A DNA stretch of 64,000 nt. Source: Candidatus Scatovivens sp. Its GTDB lineage: Bacteria; Bacillota; Clostridia; TANB77; CAG-508. Below, piece by piece: positions 28,190 through 37,883 of this stretch. Position 1 is the stretch's first letter. Each line of letters opens with the position of its first letter. The translations under genes were made by a program, and so were the position numbers. The notes under the pieces are model-generated. The model had not been told where the DNA came from, searched no databases, and saw only the letters and a list, made by a program, of their open reading frames with translations. The stretch lies in assembly GCA_045646345.1 (NCBI GenBank), contig JAZRKN010000015.1, positions 1 to 64,000 of the forward strand. The letters are read 5' to 3'.

Positions 28190-29224
28190 CTACTTAATTG
28201 GAAATCCCATACTTTCACGAGTAATTTTAATTTCTTCTATTGAGCTTTCACCTATATTAGGCAAATTCCTTGCCCTAAAAAGTGTCAATTCCAAGAATTC
28301 TTTTATCGTATGAATTCCACTTCTTTTCAAAGCTTTTTTTATTCGTTTATTTAAATACAAATCATCTATACTGTTTTCTAATCTTGTATATATGTATTGC
28401 TTTTTGAAATTTTTAGCCATCAAAATCCAAAAAGCACAAATTTCGTACTCAAGTTTAGTCAACTCTGCAAGAGATTCCGCATCCATTTCCACGAGCTGAT
28501 CAATCTTATCGATTGCAGCAGTTTCTTTAATTATTTCTAATTGTTCAATAAAACGACTGTTGCTAATCAATACCGAAAGATTTATTGGTATTTCAACGTA
28601 CGCTTCTTTTTTTACATCGTCTTTGTTTATAAGCGGTGTAAAATAAGCATCCCTTGTTGTAGGATATGAAAGTCTTCTATATGCTTTGCTAAGAATTGTT
28701 CCAATTCTACTTGTTGAAAGGCAAAATTCATTAGCTAACTCTTTATGAGTAAGTATTTTTGAACTATATTTAGTCAATCCAAAAGCATGCAGCAAAACAT
28801 TTCTTGTTTGCAATAACCTAAATCCATCGATTTCATTTAAAAGAGCTAATCCACATACTGTATCACGGCCTGGCTTAGAAACAAATTCAGGATTTACTTT
28901 ATGAAGTCGTTCTACCAAATAACCAATATTATGCGAAAGAACAATTCCTAACTCATCTCTATCTTTTACATATTCCACATATTTCATATAGGAAAACTCT
29001 TTTACAGATGCTTCAACAATTTCTTCAGCATTAGAAATCTTCAAAAGATAATTCATCATTTCGGGTCCACACGGATCATAATAATCACTTTTTAACCCCC
29101 ATCTTTTAATGATGAACCGTCTACTTTCAGGACTTAGCATTTCCATTCGTGCTGCAAATTCTTCTAGTGTCAAATCCTCCTTTGTTTTTTTCAAAAATTT
29201 TTTTACAGCATATTCATAATACAT
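28190..29224 (-). CDS. Protein with sigma-70 region 4-like HTH and C-terminal RNA polymerase alpha-CTD-like domain
   Basis: 'FGL...LTHKELANEFCLSTSRIGTILSKAYRRL' and 'SIDDLYLNKRIKKALKRSGIHTI.E.......NLPNIGESSIEEI', which parallels the RpoA CTD in this window ([24 protein letters not shown]...[10 protein letters not shown]). Confidence 0.8.
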   Translation of the reverse strand: MYYEYAVKKFLKKTKEDLTLEEFAARMEMLSPESRRFIIKRWGLKSDYYDPCGPEMMNYLLKISNAEEIVEASVKEFSYMKYVEYVKDRDELGIVLSHNIGYLVERLHKVNPEFVSKPGRDTVCGLALLNEIDGFRLLQTRNVLLHAFGLTKYSSKILTHKELANEFCLSTSRIGTILSKAYRRLSYPTTRDAYFTPLINKDDVKKEAYVEIPINLSVLISNSRFIEQLEIIKETAAIDKIDQLVEMDAESLAELTKLEYEICAFWILMAKNFKKQYIYTRLENSIDDLYLNKRIKKALKRSGIHTIKEFLELTLFRARNLPNIGESSIEEIKITRESMGFPIK

Positions 29225-29246
29225 TGTTAATCCTCCTTGTTGTTTA

Positions 29247-29274
29247 GAATTTCCATATTAAGTTTTCAATGTAC
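29247..29274 (-). promoter_or_regulatory. boxA-like leader and 5' arm pairing with 28192-28207
   Basis: Minus strand GTACATTGAAAACTTAATATGGAAATTC; downstream of a TTGAAA-17-TATAAT promoter. Confidence 0.7.
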
Positions 29275-29409
29275 AATTGGCAAACGCCAATATAAATATG
29301 AATTGTACGACATTATATCATAATTTACATAATTTTTCAAATAATTTATTTCATAAAAAAAGACTATACTCTTGAATTACAAAAATTATAGTCTTTTTTG
29401 CTCACCTTA

Positions 29410-30162
29410 TTAAAACATAAAATAATATATCAAATAAATGATTAACATATGTACGGGATAAAAAGCATAAAATGTATATTGAAGTAATTTATTTTTCTTT
29501 CCTCTTTCACCATTATAAAGCCATATTGGAATAAGCGATAAAATACCGAACGCTTGTAACGGTAAATAATATTCATATTCAAAAATATTTATTATTACAG
29601 ATTGACCTTTAAAGAACACTATGTACAATAATATTAATGATATAAGTTGGCCTAGCCATGCAAATTTCAGGTTCTTAAATATATAAAATACAATTATTGT
29701 TAATATTCCAGTGATTCCATAATCAACAAAACCAACAATTCCTATCAACATAAATAATAATATTTTTAATATTCCTTTAATTATGTCTTTCCAATTTTTA
29801 TTTTTCTTGATCTTTTCTATTTCATTGATGCATAACAAACCTAATATTAAAGTAAATAAAACATTTTGATGAAATGGAAATATCATTGAGCCAGTATATA
29901 TTAAATTAAAGGGAATTTCTGATATTAAAGCAAATATCAACAGCCTCTTCAAATACATATTAAAATTAGCTGTATGAAAATATCCCTCTACAATCAAAAA
30001 TGCAAATATAGGAAATGCCATTCTACCAATATTGGTCATCCATTGATTCCCTGGAACTATCGTTGCCCATAAATGGTCTAGCAACATCAAAAACATAGCA
30101 AGTATTTTTAAACAGTTAGAGTTTATAAATTTTATTTTTTTCATAACTTTACTCTCTTTCAA
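29410..30162 (-). CDS. TraX family membrane protein
   Basis: LKILAM..MLLDH, GRMAFPIFAF..EG, SEIPF, NVLFTL, VDYG, YNGERG and FYPVH motifs. Confidence 0.9.
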   Translation of the reverse strand: MKESKVMKKIKFINSNCLKILAMFLMLLDHLWATIVPGNQWMTNIGRMAFPIFAFLIVEGYFHTANFNMYLKRLLIFALISEIPFNLIYTGSMIFPFHQNVLFTLILGLLCINEIEKIKKNKNWKDIIKGILKILLFMLIGIVGFVDYGITGILTIIVFYIFKNLKFAWLGQLISLILLYIVFFKGQSVIINIFEYEYYLPLQAFGILSLIPIWLYNGERGKKNKLLQYTFYAFYPVHMLIIYLIYYFMF

Positions 30163-30179
30163 TTTACTCTTTATAGAAA

Positions 30180-30722
30180 TTATAATATATTTATTTCATG
30201 TTTTAAATAAGGTATTAATTTATTCTTTAAATCTTCTGTTTTAATTCTTACTGTTGATTTATTTTCATTTGGATGAAATCTAAAATATGTTTCTTTTAAT
30301 ATAGATTCATCTATAAACAATCTAATAATATTAGTTTTATCATTAATTAATTCCATAATGCTAACAGCACCAGAATGTGTATTTAATACTATTTCCAAAT
30401 CTTCATCTTTAGCCATTGATATTTTTGAAATTCCATGTTTAAATCTAAATGTTTTTTCATCAAATCGTCTTTCTCTCGGTATAATTATAAAATAAAATTG
30501 ACTTCTATCTTTATTTTTAAAAATTAAATTTTTTATTCCTTTAACTTGCAATATTTCATCAATTAATTTTAAACATTCAATATCCTTTGGAAAATAATTA
30601 TATTCAACTCTTTGATATTCAATATTTAACTCTTCTAAAATATCATAACATTTCTTTTCATTCTCATTATTTATATTTTCCGGTCTTCCATTTAATAATT
30701 CACTTAATTTAAATTCTTCCAT
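30180..30722 (-). CDS. YbaK/ProX (PrdX-like) aminoacyl-tRNA editing domain protein
   Basis: KNLIFKN, GAVSIMELIND and HPNEN motifs. Confidence 0.8.
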   Translation of the reverse strand: MEEFKLSELLNGRPENINNENEKKCYDILEELNIEYQRVEYNYFPKDIECLKLIDEILQVKGIKNLIFKNKDRSQFYFIIIPRERRFDEKTFRFKHGISKISMAKDEDLEIVLNTHSGAVSIMELINDKTNIIRLFIDESILKETYFRFHPNENKSTVRIKTEDLKNKLIPYLKHEINIL

Positions 30723-30793
30723 ATAACCCTCTTTTATATTTTCATTCTACAGTAAATAATTCAACTTATTTTATCTAATTGTAGGTTAATTTT

Positions 30794-31591
30794 TTAAAAA
30801 ACATTAACTAATAAAATTATACTTCCTATTAACACTAATACTATACCTGTAATCCTATTTAATACTTTAGGTTCAGCTTTATTTGCATATTTTGCAGCTA
30901 CTCTTGCAAATACAAGTGTAGATAATACACAGAACACAAGCGTTGCTATATCAGGAATTCCACCTATTGAAAAATGACTTAGCGCTCCTGTTAACGCTGT
31001 AAATGTCATAATAAATACACTTGTTCCTACAGCAGTTTTTAATTCGTATCCAAGTACACTTGTAAGGATTAACAACATCATCATTCCTCCGCCAGCTCCT
31101 ATAAAACCACAAATAAAACCAATTATGCTACCACAAATTATTGATTGAATAATTCTTTTACTTTTTGAAACAGATTCCATTTTTTCTTTTGTTGTCATTA
31201 CTGGTTTTACTATAAATTTAATTCCTAACAATAATGTCATAACTACTGAAAAATTTCCCATTACTGTATTTGGAACAATACTTGCAATATAACTTCCTAT
31301 TAATGTAAAAGTAAGAACTGATATCATCATTATTATTCCATTTTTCAAATCAATATTTTTATTTTTCCAATATTGCATTGTACTCACAGCACTCGCAAGT
31401 ATATCACTAGCAAGCGCAATTCCAACTGCTTGATATGCTGGTAGATTTAAAAATGTAATTAAAACAGGACTTATTACAGCTGCTGCACTCATCCCAGCAA
31501 AACCAGTTCCTACCCCAGCTCCTATACCTGCTATGAAAGACACAATAAATTTATATAATATATCCATGCTTAATTTCCTTTCAAATACCAT
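30794..31591 (-). CDS. Sulfite exporter TauE/SafE family protein
   Basis: Gly-rich TM repeats GFIGAGGG and AVGTS. Confidence 0.88.
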   Translation of the reverse strand: MVFERKLSMDILYKFIVSFIAGIGAGVGTGFAGMSAAAVISPVLITFLNLPAYQAVGIALASDILASAVSTMQYWKNKNIDLKNGIIMMISVLTFTLIGSYIASIVPNTVMGNFSVVMTLLLGIKFIVKPVMTTKEKMESVSKSKRIIQSIICGSIIGFICGFIGAGGGMMMLLILTSVLGYELKTAVGTSVFIMTFTALTGALSHFSIGGIPDIATLVFCVLSTLVFARVAAKYANKAEPKVLNRITGIVLVLIGSIILLVNVF

Positions 31592-31673
31592 TTATTAAAT
31601 ATGATTATATCACATATTTTTTATTAGTATAGATTTTTTAAACCATAATAGAAAATATTAATCTTAATAAATC

Positions 31674-31720
31674 AAAATAAAACACCAGGAACGGAAAACC
31701 ATACCTGGTGTTTTATTTTT
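31674..31720 (-). terminator. Intrinsic terminator
   Basis: aaaataaaacaccagg...cctggtgttttatttt inverted repeat. Confidence 0.75.
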
Positions 31721-31799
31721 AAAGACTTTATCATTAATTATTGTTTTTTAAACGACGTATATAGGAAACTTTGGGAAGTTTTTCAATGTTCGAACAATA

Positions 31800-32978
31800 C
31801 TATTTTATTCCAACATATCCTGTTTTTTCAATTATTTCTTGCCCTTCATTTGATAAAATCCACTCCAAAAGCTTTTGTACATTTTCATTCTGATTATTTT
31901 TATAAGTTACAGCATAAAGAGATGTCGTTATTGGATAATTATCATTTTTAATATTTTCAACATTTGGTTCTATTCCATCAATCTTTAACATTTTTACATT
32001 AGGATTTTTTATAATTCCTTCCATATAATATCTAAATGAAAATCCAATAGAATTGGTTTTATTTTTATAATCTGAAACTTTGTCTATTATACCAACCATA
32101 AAATCATTTACTTGTTCTGTTGGCGCATCCATAATTGGAGTTTCTGCCATAAATCTAATAAGCATGCTTTGGCTTCCACTACCTTCATTTCTTTGAAATG
32201 CTACAATTTCTTCATCTTTTCCACCAACTTCTTTCCAATTAGTAATCTCTCCAGAATAGATTTTCTTAATTTCTTCTGTAGTTAAACTATCAATTGGATT
32301 ATTTTTATGTACAAAAAATACAAAAGCTTCTTTCGCAATTTCTGTATATTCAAATTCAGTTCCTTGTTCTCTTGCAAAATCTATTTGTTCGTTTGATGGA
32401 CGCGCTCCAAAAAACAAATCTGATTCTTTTAAAGCCAATGCTCTATAGCCTCTTACTGTGTTTCTATATTCAAATATTCCATCATTTAAACTAACTGTAT
32501 TTGGATAAGTTGCATTCACAAAAGCTGAATAAACTGGAAATACTGCAGCAGCGCCATCTAATCTTGGTAAGTTATCTATCAATTTCAAACTCGCTTCATA
32601 ATCTAATTTTGCAATTTTTGTTTCTTCTACAAACGGTAAATATTCACTACAATCTATATTTACATTCGTTTTTATAGTTATGTTTTCTTCATATTTATTT
32701 ATTCCTATATTAATTCCAAAAATCAAACCAAAAAACAAAATAAATATTCCCCATCTTTTTAAATCTCTTTTTTTATTTTTTGAATATATTGTAATTAATA
32801 GTAAACTAGGCAATAATAACATGCTACATACTATTAAAGCTATATTTATTTCTATTGAACTAAGAATTAATAGCAAATATATCGCTACTATATAACTTAG
32901 AAACAATGCCATTCCAGTAATAATTAGCTTAAAAAACATTTTTCCAAATTTTTTTATTTTATTCTTTTCGTTCTCCAT
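31800..32978 (-). CDS. PstS-like substrate-binding protein with N-terminal TM helices
   Basis: LDGA, EAFVFFV, IYSGEITNWKEVGG, QRNEGSGSQ and SIGFSFRYY motifs. Confidence 0.88.
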   Translation of the reverse strand: MENEKNKIKKFGKMFFKLIITGMALFLSYIVAIYLLLILSSIEINIALIVCSMLLLPSLLLITIYSKNKKRDLKRWGIFILFFGLIFGINIGINKYEENITIKTNVNIDCSEYLPFVEETKIAKLDYEASLKLIDNLPRLDGAAAVFPVYSAFVNATYPNTVSLNDGIFEYRNTVRGYRALALKESDLFFGARPSNEQIDFAREQGTEFEYTEIAKEAFVFFVHKNNPIDSLTTEEIKKIYSGEITNWKEVGGKDEEIVAFQRNEGSGSQSMLIRFMAETPIMDAPTEQVNDFMVGIIDKVSDYKNKTNSIGFSFRYYMEGIIKNPNVKMLKIDGIEPNVENIKNDNYPITTSLYAVTYKNNQNENVQKLLEWILSNEGQEIIEKTGYVGIK

Positions 32979-33082
32979 AACAGTTCCCCCATAAATTACT
33001 ATTTATCAATTATATTATATTTAATAAAAAAATAATTTTTTTATTAAAAAAGAGTTTAATAAAGAATATATAAATTAATTTT

Positions 33083-33625
33083 TTACTTTTTTATATAAAT
33101 ATAAATAATTACAAATATTATTGGAAATGTAATCCATCCAAAACCTATTATAATATTATTAAAAAATTCAAGTAACGTATTTTTAAATGAATAACTACCA
33201 AACAACTGTGAATATATTATTAACATTAGCATATTAATAAAAATACTAAATAATATAAACATAACTTTACTAATAGTCGTTTTATAATTTTTAAATTTTT
33301 TTGTTATGTGATTATATGATAAAAATCCAAAATAATTAATTAATATATATATAATTATACCTATAAATCCATAAACAGGATTTAAATATTCATGATAAAG
33401 CCAACCACCAGTATAGTTACGATTAGATGCATCTTTTATATAAACCTCAGCTCCTTCTGCAGATATCCAAAGCATTATAAAACCTATTATTAACAATACT
33501 ATTAGACTTTTAATAATAGTACTAATAATATACCATAATTTGTTTTTGGATTTTCTTGTTATTGGATTTATTATATTTTCATCATCAGACATATAAAATG
33601 CCACCTTTCTATTTTTCATTATCAC
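33083..33625 (-). CDS. Hypothetical membrane protein
   Basis: About four TM segments; the RBS suggests a start at MSDDEN. Confidence 0.65.
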   Translation of the reverse strand: MIMKNRKVAFYMSDDENIINPITRKSKNKLWYIISTIIKSLIVLLIIGFIMLWISAEGAEVYIKDASNRNYTGGWLYHEYLNPVYGFIGIIIYILINYFGFLSYNHITKKFKNYKTTISKVMFILFSIFINMLMLIIYSQLFGSYSFKNTLLEFFNNIIIGFGWITFPIIFVIIYIYIKK

Positions 33626-33964
33626 TTAATTTATTTCATTATACATTATTGGTATAACATTATCAAATGATATCTCTAGTTAATTACAAAATTCTTGAAT
33701 TTTGCAGTTAATTTTTAGTGCTTGTCTTTCAGTTAGTAAATTATCCATCTATCTAGCTTTAGAAAATATTTCGCTTTTTAATTTCAGCTCAATATAATAT
33801 AGAACTTCGACTCTGTCATAAGTCCTCCCCTCAATAAGTTATGATATACCTTCAAAACTAAGTGCTCTACGTAGCAATACACACTGATACATATTTTAGC
33901 AAACAAAAAAATCAACCATTTTACTGATTGATTTTTGTATCTGTAGTTCGAACAGATTCATTAT

Positions 33965-34319
33965 TGGTGGAGATGAGGAGAGTCGAACTCCTGTCCAATA
34001 CCCCTTCCACATAAACTTCTCCGAGTGCAGTTTGTTATTAAAATTTCCCCTCAATATCTTTAACAAACAAAATTTATATCAGGTATCTTTTATAAACTCC
34101 CATTAATAGAAAAAGATAACTATTAACTTCGTTTCCCACTAATCGGCGCCCTATCTTAAACCGTGGGTTGTAAAAGTAGAACGTCACTGCAATTAGGCAG
34201 CGAATGCTAATTCTTTATTATCAGCGTTTATTTTTAATTTATGCCTTTTTAAGTGGCCAGGCATCTCCACTACTCGCTATTTATACTTCTAGAATACTGT
34301 CGAAACCAAATACATCCCC
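33965..34319 (-). ncRNA. ssrA: tmRNA; tag peptide (A)ADNKELAFAA at 34193-34225
   Basis: 5' GGGGATGTATTTGGTTTCGAC, 3' GGACAGGAGTTCGACTCTCCTCATCTCCACCA, internal tag ORF ending in AA-stop. Confidence 0.97.
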
Positions 34320-34410
34320 GTATTTGAACTAACAATATATATTATACTCTTATTTAAGCTACATTTCAAGCATTTATATAATAAGTATTAATATTAGTTA
34401 TTTCATTTTT

Positions 34411-34983
34411 TTACATATTTTTCATTTGATAATATTCTTCTAACACAATATTTTTATCAGCACATTCTTGGGCAATTCTTTCACCCACATATCTAATGTG
34501 CCATGGTTCGTAAGAATATTTTGTTATTTCTTCTTTCCCTTTATGATATCTTAATATGAATCCAAAATCTTTTAAAAATTTGTGAACAATTTTAAATTTT
34601 TCGTCTTCAGAATATAATTCCTCATTTGTTAACGCAAACTCTCCATTTGACATTTTTATTGTTATATCTATTGCTAAACCAGAATGATGTTCACTTGTTC
34701 CTGGTATTGCAGCTAGTTTATGTGCCACTTCATATCCATAAATTTCAATATATTCTTTCAAAATTTCTTCTTGTTCTTTAAAATCTCTAAACGAATTCAA
34801 TATTCCTAATTCTATATTTTCTTTTTGCAATCTTTTCTTTAACTCGCAATATTTTTCATATGTTGTTTTTTCTATTTTTATAGTTTGCATTTCTACATTT
34901 AAAACTTCTATTAATTCAAAATTTTTATAAAATTCTTCTGCAATTTTATTTTCTTTATTTATTAAAATTTCATAATTATTCAT
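34411..34983 (-). CDS. M15B (VanY-like) D-Ala-D-Ala carboxypeptidase
   Basis: SFR...Q, PGTSEHHSGLAID and YEPWHIRYVG motifs. Confidence 0.93.
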   Translation of the reverse strand: MNNYEILINKENKIAEEFYKNFELIEVLNVEMQTIKIEKTTYEKYCELKKRLQKENIELGILNSFRDFKEQEEILKEYIEIYGYEVAHKLAAIPGTSEHHSGLAIDITIKMSNGEFALTNEELYSEDEKFKIVHKFLKDFGFILRYHKGKEEITKYSYEPWHIRYVGERIAQECADKNIVLEEYYQMKNM

Positions 34984-35168
34984 TAATTTTCCCTCTTATC
35001 TATATGATAATTTATTATACTATTAATTTAATTTATTTACCACAAAATTTATTAATCATTTTAAATTCAAGCTTTTATTGATTTTTTACCAAATTTCACA
35101 TATAATACTGCCTGTAAAAATATAAATATATTTTACATTTCTAATAACCTTTTGGAAGGAAAAACTTT

Positions 35169-36056
35169 ATGAAAAAAATAATCTTTAAAGGCTGTGGAAC
35201 AGCTATTGTAACACCTTTTAATAAAGATGGTGTTGATTTTAATGAATTCAAAAAATTAATTGAATTTCAAATCGAAAATAAAGCTGATAGTATCATTGTT
35301 TGTGGTACTACTGGTGAATCTTCTACAATGACTTTAGAAGAAAGAAAACAAACAATTGAATTTGCAGTAAAAACAGTAAACGGACGTATCCCTGTAATCG
35401 CTGGTACTGGTGGAAATTGTACTTCTCAAGTTATTGAATTTACAAAATGGGCTGAAAGTATTGGTGTTGACGGTGCATTAATCGTTACTCCGTATTATAA
35501 TAAAACAACTCAAGATGGTTTAGTAGCACATTACTCAGCGATTGCCAATGAAACAACTCTACCAATCATACTTTATAGTGTACCAGGTAGAACCGGTGTA
35601 AATATAACTCCAGCTACTTGTTTAAAATTATCAAAAATCGAAAACATTGTTGCTATAAAAGAAGCTAGTGGAAACCTTTCTCAAATTGCAGAAATAGCAA
35701 ACTTATGTGGAAACAATTTAAATATATATTCTGGTAATGATGATCAAATAACTCCTATTTTATCAGTTGGTGGTATTGGTGTTATTTCAGTTCTATCTAA
35801 TTTAGTTCCAGAATATACTCATAATATAATTGAAAATTTCTTTAACGGAAATATAAAAGATTCTATTACTGCTCAAATTAAAGCTGTACCTTTGGTAAGT
35901 GCTTTATTTTGCGAAGTTAATCCAATTCCAGTAAAAGCTGCATTAAATATGATTGGTTACAACGTTGGAACTCCAAGACTACCTCTTATAGAAATGTCAG
36001 ATAATGGAAAAGAAAAATTAAAAACAGAATTAATTAATTTTGGATTAATAAAATAA
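35169..36056 (+). CDS. dapA: 4-hydroxy-tetrahydrodipicolinate synthase
   Basis: GTTGES, TPYYNK, YSVPGRTG and IKEASG motifs. Confidence 0.97.
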   Translation: MKKIIFKGCGTAIVTPFNKDGVDFNEFKKLIEFQIENKADSIIVCGTTGESSTMTLEERKQTIEFAVKTVNGRIPVIAGTGGNCTSQVIEFTKWAESIGVDGALIVTPYYNKTTQDGLVAHYSAIANETTLPIILYSVPGRTGVNITPATCLKLSKIENIVAIKEASGNLSQIAEIANLCGNNLNIYSGNDDQITPILSVGGIGVISVLSNLVPEYTHNIIENFFNGNIKDSITAQIKAVPLVSALFCEVNPIPVKAALNMIGYNVGTPRLPLIEMSDNGKEKLKTELINFGLIK

Positions 36057-36076
36057 ATTAGAAAAGGAAAATAAAT

Positions 36077-36820
36077 ATGTTAAAAGTTTTAATAAATGGA
36101 TGTAACGGCCGAATGGGTCAAGAAGTTGTAAAAGCTATAAATGAAACTAATGAAATTGAAATTTTATGTGGTGTTGATAGAACTCAAGGAAACAATAACT
36201 TCCCTGTTTTTACAAATATTGAAGAAATTAATTTAATACCTGATGTTATAATTGATTTTTCAATACCAGAAGCTACATTTAAAATTTTAGATTTTGCTAA
36301 AATAAATAAGATACCAACTGTTGTTGCAACAACAGGTTTTTCAAAAGAACAATTAGACTTAATTCTAGAATATTCAAAAGAATTTCCAATTTTTAGATCT
36401 GCTAATATGTCATACGAGACAAACTTAATGGCAAAACTTGTTGCAGAACTTGCTCAAAAACTAACTGAATCAGATATTGAAATAGTAGAAACACACCATA
36501 ATCAAAAAATAGATAGCCCAAGCGGAACTGCAATTTTACTTGCTGATAGTATTAATGATAGTTTAGACAATGAAATGTATTATGAATACAATCGACATGC
36601 CAAAAGAGAAAAAAGAAATAAAAAAGAAATTGGCATACATTCTATCAGAGGTGGAAATGAAGTTGGAAAACATACTGTTTATTTCTTTGGAAATAATGAA
36701 AGTTTTGAAATAACTCATACAGTTAATTCTAGAGGTGTATTTGCAAATGGTTCTGTTAAAGCAGCATTTTTTATTGTAACAAAAGAAACCGGATTATATA
36801 ATATGAATGATATGTTTTAA
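36077..36820 (+). CDS. dapB: 4-hydroxy-tetrahydrodipicolinate reductase
   Basis: GCNGRMG, IDFS, ATTG and ETHHNQKIDSPSGTA motifs. Confidence 0.97.
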   Translation: MLKVLINGCNGRMGQEVVKAINETNEIEILCGVDRTQGNNNFPVFTNIEEINLIPDVIIDFSIPEATFKILDFAKINKIPTVVATTGFSKEQLDLILEYSKEFPIFRSANMSYETNLMAKLVAELAQKLTESDIEIVETHHNQKIDSPSGTAILLADSINDSLDNEMYYEYNRHAKREKRNKKEIGIHSIRGGNEVGKHTVYFFGNNESFEITHTVNSRGVFANGSVKAAFFIVTKETGLYNMNDMF

Positions 36821-36858
36821 ACTAAAAAGAGATATCTAATAAAGATATCTCTTTTACT

Positions 36859-37788
36859 TTATTCTTTTTCCCATTCTTTTACTGTATTTGCTGTTTCTGA
36901 AATTTGTTTTTCTGTTTCTGTTGGTTCTAAGCTAACATTTTTTGTTCTTGGTTCTTCCATTGCTTTTCCAGTTAATCTCAAACCGTAATCTCTTCCCCCT
37001 TGGCATCCTCTAAATACTTCTGGTCCTGCATTTCTATGATCAGTTAAAGCTAATCTTGACGAAAAAGGTTCGTATGTAGCAGATTCATACGCTCTACCAG
37101 CTGTTAAACCTAATCCTTGAGCAATTCTTTTATATGTAGTATCTAATGCTTTTAAGGCTTTTTCAGAAATTTCCAAAGTACCTCCATTCATCCATGCTGG
37201 TTTTGTATCTAAAGATATAAGTCTTGCTTGTCCTGCTAAAAAGCTTGAGCATGATTCACCATTAATAGTAAACGCTAATCTATCAATTTCAGGTAAAGAA
37301 TCTCTATATGCACATACCGCAGCTAATAATGTTGCTCTTATTTCTGCTCTTTGTTCTGCAAGTGATCTTTCTTCTGAATATGTTAGTTTTCTTCCACTAT
37401 TCATATGAACTATTTTTCCTAATTTCTCAGCAGATTCTTTAATTGTTTTAATTGTTTCTATCACAATTTCATCTCTAGTTAAAGTAGGTTCTCCATCTTC
37501 AACTTTTTTAACTTCTGGTTCTTTAACTTCTACTGTTTTTCCAGCTTGGTCCAATTCTCTTAATTTTTTCTCAACTTCCGCTTCTCTTGCTTTTAAAGCT
37601 GCTTCTCTTTCGTTTAATCCTTCTTCTTTTTGATGAAGTCTTTCATCTTCTGCTTCAACTTGTCCCATTAATTGTTCAAGATTTGTTTTATATTCTACAA
37701 GTTTTGATGCCGCTTCATTATAAGCTTTTCCTGATAATCTTTGCCACAATGTTAATTTTGGTACATCTGGTAATTTATTCTCTGCCAT
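36859..37788 (-). CDS. Hypothetical coiled-coil protein
   Basis: 309 aa ORF with RBS, N-terminal coiled coil and charged C-terminal tail. Confidence 0.75.
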   Translation of the reverse strand: MAENKLPDVPKLTLWQRLSGKAYNEAASKLVEYKTNLEQLMGQVEAEDERLHQKEEGLNEREAALKAREAEVEKKLRELDQAGKTVEVKEPEVKKVEDGEPTLTRDEIVIETIKTIKESAEKLGKIVHMNSGRKLTYSEERSLAEQRAEIRATLLAAVCAYRDSLPEIDRLAFTINGESCSSFLAGQARLISLDTKPAWMNGGTLEISEKALKALDTTYKRIAQGLGLTAGRAYESATYEPFSSRLALTDHRNAGPEVFRGCQGGRDYGLRLTGKAMEEPRTKNVSLEPTETEKQISETANTVKEWEKE

Positions 37789-37883
37789 TATTCTTCCTCC
37801 TTCACTTCAACTTTTATAGAATCTATTATTTCTACAGTTTCTGATATCAATTTTGATATTTCTTCAAATTTATTTCCGTCCAT
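37788..37883 (-). CDS. Small 31-aa acidic peptide coupled to the downstream gene
   Basis: AAGGAGG RBS; MDGNKFEEISKLISETVEIIDSIKVEVKEEE; TAATG stop/start overlap. Confidence 0.6.
   Translation of the reverse strand: MDGNKFEEISKLISETVEIIDSIKVEVKEEE

Noticed and set aside
29410-30162. TraX as evidence of a conjugative element
   Set aside because: No other transfer genes nearby; TraX-family proteins are common stand-alone membrane proteins.
34411-34983. VanY-like gene as vancomycin resistance
   Set aside because: No vanHAX or vanRS genes; M15B carboxypeptidases are common housekeeping enzymes.
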